64,000 bases of DNA from Acidobacteriota bacterium (GTDB taxonomy: Bacteria > Acidobacteriota > CAIWXX01). The notes under the pieces are model-generated. The model searched no databases, had not been told where the DNA came from, and saw nothing but the letters and a program-made list of their open reading frames with translations. Positions within the stretch are counted from its first letter, which is position 1; each line of letters begins with the position of its first letter. Shown here in pieces: positions 58,458-64,000 of the stretch. Location of the stretch: positions 32,001-96,000 of the forward strand of contig JBFMAF010000003.1 of NCBI GenBank assembly GCA_040755995.1, given 5' to 3'. The position numbers were made by a program, and so were the translations under genes.

Positions 58458-61013
58458 TCAGTCCCTCGCTTGTTGAATTGGGAATGGCTTGTAGAACACC
58501 ATCGAGCCCGTGGACAGCAGGTACTCGGTGCGGTCGATGATCTCTTTCTGCATCTGTGGATTCAGGTCCTTGAAGTAGGCCGTGTAGCCCGAGACTCGCA
58601 CCAGCAGCTCTGGGTAATTCTCCGGATGCGCAACTGCATCCACGAATGTGTCGTGCGTCGTCACGTTGAACTGGATCTCCATGCCGCCCTCGGTTCGGCC
58701 GTCGCGATCGTCGAAATAGCCCTCCACCGAGGCCACGAAGTTGTCGAGCATCCGCTCGGGATCCCCGCTCTCCGGCGTGTACTTGAGATTCAAGGCCACG
58801 CCGTTTGAAAGGCATTGGGCAGGCTGGCGGGCGACCGAGTTCAACGCCTTGGTCAGACAGGGGGTGACTCCGGATACAGGCGTGATGCCGCTGGTGAAGT
58901 TCTCGTGGGCCTTGCGGCCGTTCGGAGTGGCTCCCATGAGGCGGCCGAAGCCGGCGTGGTTGGTCATGGTCCAGTAGCCCACTCGATAGCGCCCTCCACG
59001 GTAGTTCACCTTCTCGCCAAAGGCCTGGTCGAGCATGTCGACGATCCACGTGACAGTGGCATCGGCGTCGGCATCGTCGTTGCCGTACTTGGGTGTCTTC
59101 TCGGGGTCGATCAGGCGCTTGTGCAACGCTTCGTGCCCTTCGAAGTCCTTCTGAAGCGCATCCAGGAGAGTGGCGAAGCTCACCCTCTTGTCTTGAAAGA
59201 CGACTCGACGTAGGGCGCTGAGCGAGTCGGCAACGTCCGCGAGGCCGATGATTGTGGCGGCCGAGGCGTTGATGACCGCGCCGCCCTGGATCAGATCACG
59301 ACCGCTGTCCATGGGTCCTTCGAAGAAGGCAGAGAGAATCGGAGTCGGATAGAAATCCTGGTGGACTCGCCCGAGCAGCTCGTTCAGGCGCACCGCCTGC
59401 TCGATCAGCCAGCGGGTCTGCTTGCGGAACGCGGTTCGAAAGTCGGCAAACGAGGCGAACCGCGCGGGATCGCCGGTCTCGAAGCTGATGAGCCGGTCCG
59501 GCCCCGTGTGCCGGTGCCGGCCGTTGAACAGCGTGAGCTCCAGAGCCGACGTCAGGTTGAGCAGGATCGACGCGCTGCTCCCGTAGGACCTCCCGTTGCT
59601 GCCCGGCTCCACACACCCGATCACTCCGTAGTCACGCGCCTGTTCCGGAGTGTCGTGCTTGGAGGTCAGCGCCTTGATGACGGCGCGATCGTTGTGCAGA
59701 GCAGGAGTGGCGCCGGTCGTGATATTGACCTCGCACAATCTGCGGAGGTATCCCTTCGAGTTGACTCCCGGGAAGTACCGGGCATTGAGGTTCGGATCTC
59801 TCAGGCGCATCAGCTCGGTGGCTCTGAGCATCACGTAGGTCAAGTCGTTTACCGCGTCGTTGCCGTCTCGGTCAACACCGCCGATAGTGATGGCCTGGTT
59901 GGAGCCCGTGCCGCCGAACAGCTGCTCGCCGGTCTCGGGGATCATGGGGACGTGGTCGCCGATCTTGAGCCACAGGCAGCAGATCAGGTCGACGGCGTCC
60001 TGCACGGTGATGACGCCGGTTTCGACGTCGTGGCGATAGAGGGGCCAGAGCACCCGGTCCAGCCTGCCGAGGCTCATACCGATGTTCGGGTTTTCGAGAT
60101 GGATCGCGGTCCAGCAGATCCAGACCGTCGTGAGCCCCTCGCGGAAGCTCTGCGCGGGGTGCTCGGGCACGCGCCTGTGGACTTGGGCCAGATCCAGAAG
60201 CTCGCGCTTGCGGACGGGGTCCGGCTCGGTCCGGGCCATGGCTTCTGCCTGATCCGCCAGCCGCCGCGAGTAGCTGACCACACCTTCGAGCACCTCGGCG
60301 ACGGCCTGGTAGAACTCCTTCTGAGACGAATCGCTCGTGGCTGCCGCCCGGGCTGTCGCTTCTTCGATCATCGCCCGCAAGCCGACGCCGATGGCCTTGC
60401 TGAAGTCCGGGATGGTGTGAGAGATGCATTCGGGCTTGCTGACCAGGAAGAAGACCAGCCACTGGAGGAGCTTGAACTCGAGCAAATTGTGTTCGGATGC
60501 GCGGCAGGCCGGTTTCCCGTTCAGCGCCCGCTTCCGTGCCAACTCCAGAATCGTGTTCTCGATCCAATGCGGGAAGATCTCCTCGTTGAGCGCCTTCACT
60601 TCGGCTTCAGTGATCTGAAACGGGTTGCTCGCACGGCTCTGCATCGTCCAGAGCTCCGGCCAGAGACTCAGCGCGAGGAACTCCGGGTACAGGGGGACTC
60701 CCTTGAACTTGCTGGTGGTGGAGCCGGCGAAGAGCGAGTCCTCGACGAACTCGAACCGCTTCATCCCCTTTTCGTAGCCGCACGTGTGGCTGACGACGGG
60801 CGTGCGGTTTTCCAGCACGTACCGGTACATCCTGGCCTTTTCCAAGATGGAGATCCGAGCTCGGCCGAAGAGCCCGTGTTCGAGGCTGTACCGGGTGATC
60901 AAGCGAGGCCGTTCGACGCAGATCTCGGGCATTGCCCGGAAGTAGATCTGCTTGAGTTGGGTCACACGGGGAGTCAGCCAGCACTCCCGTAGCGAGATGT
61001 CCTGAAGTGCCAT
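58458..61013 (-). CDS. Glycyl radical enzyme (eliminase-type CxE loop), substrate unknown
   Basis: ICVERP, SLGRLD, Cys loop GVIGCVEPG, GATPNGR, QFNV, Gly loop LLVRVSGYTAYF; RBS GAGGTG before ATG 61013. Confidence 0.95.
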   Translation of the reverse strand: MALQDISLRECWLTPRVTQLKQIYFRAMPEICVERPRLITRYSLEHGLFGRARISILEKARMYRYVLENRTPVVSHTCGYEKGMKRFEFVEDSLFAGSTTSKFKGVPLYPEFLALSLWPELWTMQSRASNPFQITEAEVKALNEEIFPHWIENTILELARKRALNGKPACRASEHNLLEFKLLQWLVFFLVSKPECISHTIPDFSKAIGVGLRAMIEEATARAAATSDSSQKEFYQAVAEVLEGVVSYSRRLADQAEAMARTEPDPVRKRELLDLAQVHRRVPEHPAQSFREGLTTVWICWTAIHLENPNIGMSLGRLDRVLWPLYRHDVETGVITVQDAVDLICCLWLKIGDHVPMIPETGEQLFGGTGSNQAITIGGVDRDGNDAVNDLTYVMLRATELMRLRDPNLNARYFPGVNSKGYLRRLCEVNITTGATPALHNDRAVIKALTSKHDTPEQARDYGVIGCVEPGSNGRSYGSSASILLNLTSALELTLFNGRHRHTGPDRLISFETGDPARFASFADFRTAFRKQTRWLIEQAVRLNELLGRVHQDFYPTPILSAFFEGPMDSGRDLIQGGAVINASAATIIGLADVADSLSALRRVVFQDKRVSFATLLDALQKDFEGHEALHKRLIDPEKTPKYGNDDADADATVTWIVDMLDQAFGEKVNYRGGRYRVGYWTMTNHAGFGRLMGATPNGRKAHENFTSGITPVSGVTPCLTKALNSVARQPAQCLSNGVALNLKYTPESGDPERMLDNFVASVEGYFDDRDGRTEGGMEIQFNVTTHDTFVDAVAHPENYPELLVRVSGYTAYFKDLNPQMQKEIIDRTEYLLSTGSMVFYKPFPIQQARD

Positions 61014-61105
61014 GGTTGTCGTCACCTCAAAATGGGTTGCCCTGGGTAACGGGACCTTGCTTCTCCGTCAAGCAAATCCCTGCGCCATTGTCCTTCCGCA
61101 GGTCT

Positions 61106-61426
61106 CTATGGGCATTTCCGCGGGGGCTTGCAGACGGAGCAAGGCTTGTAGCCGTGGCTCTTGGCCCAGTCGAGCGTGACCCGTTTCTTCGAGCGGTTCA
61201 AGTACCGGCAATTGGCCCGGTGATACTTGGTGCCGGTCTTGGTGATGTAGACGTAGCAGGTCGCGAGGTCATTCTCGGACATGGTGGGTTCCGGGGCGCT
61301 CGGCGCAACGAGAGCCAGTTCCTGGCTTGGCAGAGTCGGGGTCTGCTGGCATGAGGCTGCGGAGAAGACGACGGCGAAAACGAATGCAACGCATGCGAGC
61401 AATAGGACGGTGCGGTGCCTGTGCAT
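61106..61426 (-). CDS. Small putative lipoprotein with an Ada-like Zn-binding domain
   Basis: Hydrophobic signal ending AASC; VYITKTGTKYH...C..L...GYKPCSVCKPP; AAGGAGG RBS. Confidence 0.75.
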   Translation of the reverse strand: MHRHRTVLLLACVAFVFAVVFSAASCQQTPTLPSQELALVAPSAPEPTMSENDLATCYVYITKTGTKYHRANCRYLNRSKKRVTLDWAKSHGYKPCSVCKPPRKCP

Positions 61427-61728
61427 GGTCAACCTCCTTGATAGTGAGCACGCCTGGGGCTTGCGAGGGAACGTCGGCGAGATCCCGGCAGCGCCGGGTG
61501 CGTCATCGATTCCCACACATCCCTCTCTGCAGTATTAGTGGCACCTGGAAGTGAGAATCTTGGGTCATCAGAAATAGAGCTCCCCGCCCGCCAATCTCGC
61601 CCCTCGTTCCGGCAGCCTTCCTGGCTTCAAGTGCTACTTCCACTCATCAAGCATCCCCCCTCACGCGTGGCTCAAAGACCGTCGACCTCGCCCGGCCAGC
61701 GGGTGTAGGCTGAGTCATTCGGTGGTCT

Positions 61729-62835
61729 TCACCACATCATCACCACCGTCTGGCCGGCGCGTTCGCTGTAATACAAACGAATACGGAGCACGTATTTGAG
61801 ATCTTTGGTCAGTTTCAGCCGGATGTGGGCGTTGTAGTCCTCGCCACTATCATCATCGGCAGTCAGGTAGCGCAGCTCCCCGGCGGCGTCCTCGAAGAGG
61901 ACCATGACGGTGTCGGACTCACCGAAGGTCCTGATTTCGTAGTAGCGAGTCGCATCGGGCTTGATGAGGAAGTTGCGTTGCTCACCCGGCGCGATCGCGA
62001 GCTCCACCGACTTCAGTGGCAGTAGCTCCGTGTAGTCGGCTGCCGTCAGCGGAGGGTAGAACGTTCTGACCCATTGCTTGTCGCGATCGGAAAGGCCGCC
62101 TGCCGGCGCCAGACCATCGCGGTACTGCGCCGGTTCCTTGATGAGGCCGGCCTCGAAGGGGTAGTGCATGATGGAATTCGGGTCCCAACTCGACCCCTGC
62201 ACAGCGTCAGGGCTGATCTTGCGGATGATGTTGTAGTATGTCTTGTCCCGATCCCACTCATTCGGCGGCTGGGCGAGCGCTGCATATACGGCTTCCTCGT
62301 CCCAGACGATTCCGGCGTTCGGATTCTGATGCTCGTGGGGGAAACCGAGCGTGTGGCCGATCTCGTGGACGGCCGTGTCGATCTCAGTCGGATCTCGGGT
62401 GAGATCCCAGCCGAAGTTCATGGTCCGCTCATCACGCCCTTGACCGAGGATGTCTCTACCGACGTACGACCATGCTCCATCGCCCCGCATGAACCCAATC
62501 CTGATTTCCGCGTCATCGCGCGAAGCCACTTCCTTGAGATCGAGCCCGATACCCATCTGCTTCCAGACTGCGAATGCCTGACGTACTACGTCCTTCTCCT
62601 CCTGAGTGGTGGTCCACGGGCGCCACTCGCTCGTGCCGTTGGACAAGAGAACGGACTGGCCGTCGGTTGGCTTGTCGAAGAAGTAGTAGTGCAGCACGGT
62701 GCCGTTCACCCACTTCTTGGCCGTCATGAGTATTAGCCGGGCTCTCACAAGTCCGACATCAGGTCCGAAGACCCGTTCCGAAACCTGCGGCAACGAACAG
62801 TAGGAATGCTTGTGTCTCGCTGCTGAATCGACCAT
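61729..62835 (-). CDS. M12/astacin-like zinc metallopeptidase with a C-terminal PPC-like beta domain
   Basis: WSYVG, HEIGHTLGFPHEH, Met-turn SIMHY, DDDSG; no signal peptide. Confidence 0.9.
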   Translation of the reverse strand: MVDSAARHKHSYCSLPQVSERVFGPDVGLVRARLILMTAKKWVNGTVLHYYFFDKPTDGQSVLLSNGTSEWRPWTTTQEEKDVVRQAFAVWKQMGIGLDLKEVASRDDAEIRIGFMRGDGAWSYVGRDILGQGRDERTMNFGWDLTRDPTEIDTAVHEIGHTLGFPHEHQNPNAGIVWDEEAVYAALAQPPNEWDRDKTYYNIIRKISPDAVQGSSWDPNSIMHYPFEAGLIKEPAQYRDGLAPAGGLSDRDKQWVRTFYPPLTAADYTELLPLKSVELAIAPGEQRNFLIKPDATRYYEIRTFGESDTVMVLFEDAAGELRYLTADDDSGEDYNAHIRLKLTKDLKYVLRIRLYYSERAGQTVVMMW

Positions 62836-62930
62836 CTGTCTCGACCTCCTAAATGGCGAAATCGTCTAACCCTTGTTCATGCGGCATTGATACGACGCCC
62901 TACGGGCAAGCCTCAGAGCGCGCCCACTGC

Positions 62931-63746
62931 CTACCCCAGTACCTTCCATTTCTTCATGGACTTCGAGCCATACAGATTCGGCGTCTGCGGATATTGCTGC
63001 GAGGGCAGCGCATCGCGTATGGCCCTGTACCAATCCGCGTATGTGGCGTTCGCCGGCAACGGCGAAAGGGCGCGCAGGGCCACGAACGTGAAGGCACCGT
63101 TGGGACGTCCCTGGAAATAGGCGTCGTAGCTGTACTCAGTGTCCTGGCATCCCGCCATGAGGAGCGCGGCGTAGCGCCCGGGCGGGCTGGATTTGCGCAT
63201 TGCACGCCGCACACCGAGCTTCGCAGCGTCGCGCTTCGCCAGAAACACAGACGGAGGCAGGAAGCGGACTTTCCGCTGGGGCGCGTGCTTTGCCTTCGTG
63301 GTTGGGGGAGTTGTGATCGGAGCGAATCTCGCCACGGTGCCGGAGTGGCAGGAATCAGAGATCATGAGGAGGTTCACGCCCTGCTGCCTTGCGCTATAGA
63401 TCTCGAACAGCTCGTCGTCGGTGATTGGACCCTTGGCGCCGATGTCGTAAGGGCAGAGGCACTCATCCGTGCCGTCTGGCTCGTCACCGTCCTCATCGGG
63501 CACGAACGACCCATGGCCGGAGTACTGAATCACGACGAGGTCGCCCGCGCTTGCACCGGTGACCGCCGCAAGCATGGCCGACCGCATCGCCTTTCCCGTG
63601 GCCTGCTGATCGAACAGCTGCTTCACGGCGAATCCTCGGTTCGAGAGTGCCTTGGCCCAGTCGTTCGCGTCGTTGACGCATCCGGCAAGGTCACTGTTGG
63701 TTCCAGGGTAGTTGTTGATCCCCATGCACAATGCATACTTAGCCAT
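62931..63746 (-). CDS. Metacaspase (peptidase C14)
   Basis: ALCMGINNY...LAGCVNDA, YSGHGS, SDSCHSG, GAFT, QTPNL. Confidence 0.93.
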   Translation of the reverse strand: MAKYALCMGINNYPGTNSDLAGCVNDANDWAKALSNRGFAVKQLFDQQATGKAMRSAMLAAVTGASAGDLVVIQYSGHGSFVPDEDGDEPDGTDECLCPYDIGAKGPITDDELFEIYSARQQGVNLLMISDSCHSGTVARFAPITTPPTTKAKHAPQRKVRFLPPSVFLAKRDAAKLGVRRAMRKSSPPGRYAALLMAGCQDTEYSYDAYFQGRPNGAFTFVALRALSPLPANATYADWYRAIRDALPSQQYPQTPNLYGSKSMKKWKVLG

Positions 63747-63798
63747 GTCTTGTTCTCCTTTCTCTGAAAGCCGATAATCTTGTTCACCCGGGGAACTG

Positions 63799-63999
63799 CT
63801 AGCCGCCGGCTGCCGAATTGACGGCGGGCTTGGGCGCTTTGAGCCTTGCCAGGCGCTCGGTCGCGGTCTCCTGCACGATCATGCCCTGCTCCATCAGAAC
63901 CCCGAGCGTGAAGAGGTAGGTTCCCAGGTCCCTGACGATTGCGTCCCGCACCGCGGCGAGAACGGGGGAGACGATCAGGAGAGATAGCGGGATCCCGAG
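63799..63999 (-). CDS. 3' end of an unknown gene running off the window
   Basis: Open frame LGIPLSLLIVSPVLAAVRDAIVRDLGTYLF...AAGG* ending 52 bp upstream of the metacaspase. Confidence 0.5.
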   Translation of the reverse strand, partial: LGIPLSLLIVSPVLAAVRDAIVRDLGTYLFTLGVLMEQGMIVQETATERLARLKAPKPAVNSAAGG

Positions 64000-64000
64000 C

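Noticed and set aside
58458..61013. Calling the GRE pflB, cutC or hypD
   Set aside because: It lacks the PFL Cys-Cys pair, and no microcompartment, choline or P5C reductase context supports the others.
61071..61087. Possible sigma54 promoter TGGCGC...TTGCT upstream of the GRE
   Set aside because: GG-to-GC spacing is 11 nt instead of the strict 10 nt.

Overview
GC-rich bacterial DNA, probably Acidobacteriota-like (inferred from the RpoA N-terminus MLWKGFQKP and a TPR-fused sulfatase-fold gene). 1-14.2 kb is mixed housekeeping and envelope genes: a GT4, a cobalamin-binding radical SAM, a methyltransferase, a Zn-ADH, an FGE-fold protein, pfk, a DUF433/PIN toxin-antitoxin pair, DUF58/BatD-like genes and a TPR sulfatase-fold protein. 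14.3-22.6 kb (minus strand) is the distal spc + alpha ribosomal cluster, rplR to rplQ. It begins abruptly at an unusually long rplR with its own promoter and no rplF. From 22.9 kb to the window end is an accessory region with a TolB-like protein, DUF6765, a glycogen-synthase-like GT, a broken TIGR04141 gene, a metallophosphoesterase-GAF fusion followed by a 49-aa acidic ORF, and a GHKL-kinase/receiver/C5-methylase/Vsr module. Two loci stand out. (1) A Liv-type ABC transporter operon interrupted by a 67-aa peptide with an MYG motif, a splicease-like radical SAM/SPASM enzyme, a methyltransferase and a membrane protein: a candidate tyramine-excision RiPP locus. (2) A glycyl-radical-enzyme operon of unknown substrate, with an SCP2-like protein, an activase, two paralogous membrane proteins and a flavin ene-reductase. 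The region also holds a HEAT/CHAT-like cluster, an IS630 relic and a metacaspase + M12 metalloprotease pair. Family calls come from motif recognition by eye; no database searches were run.
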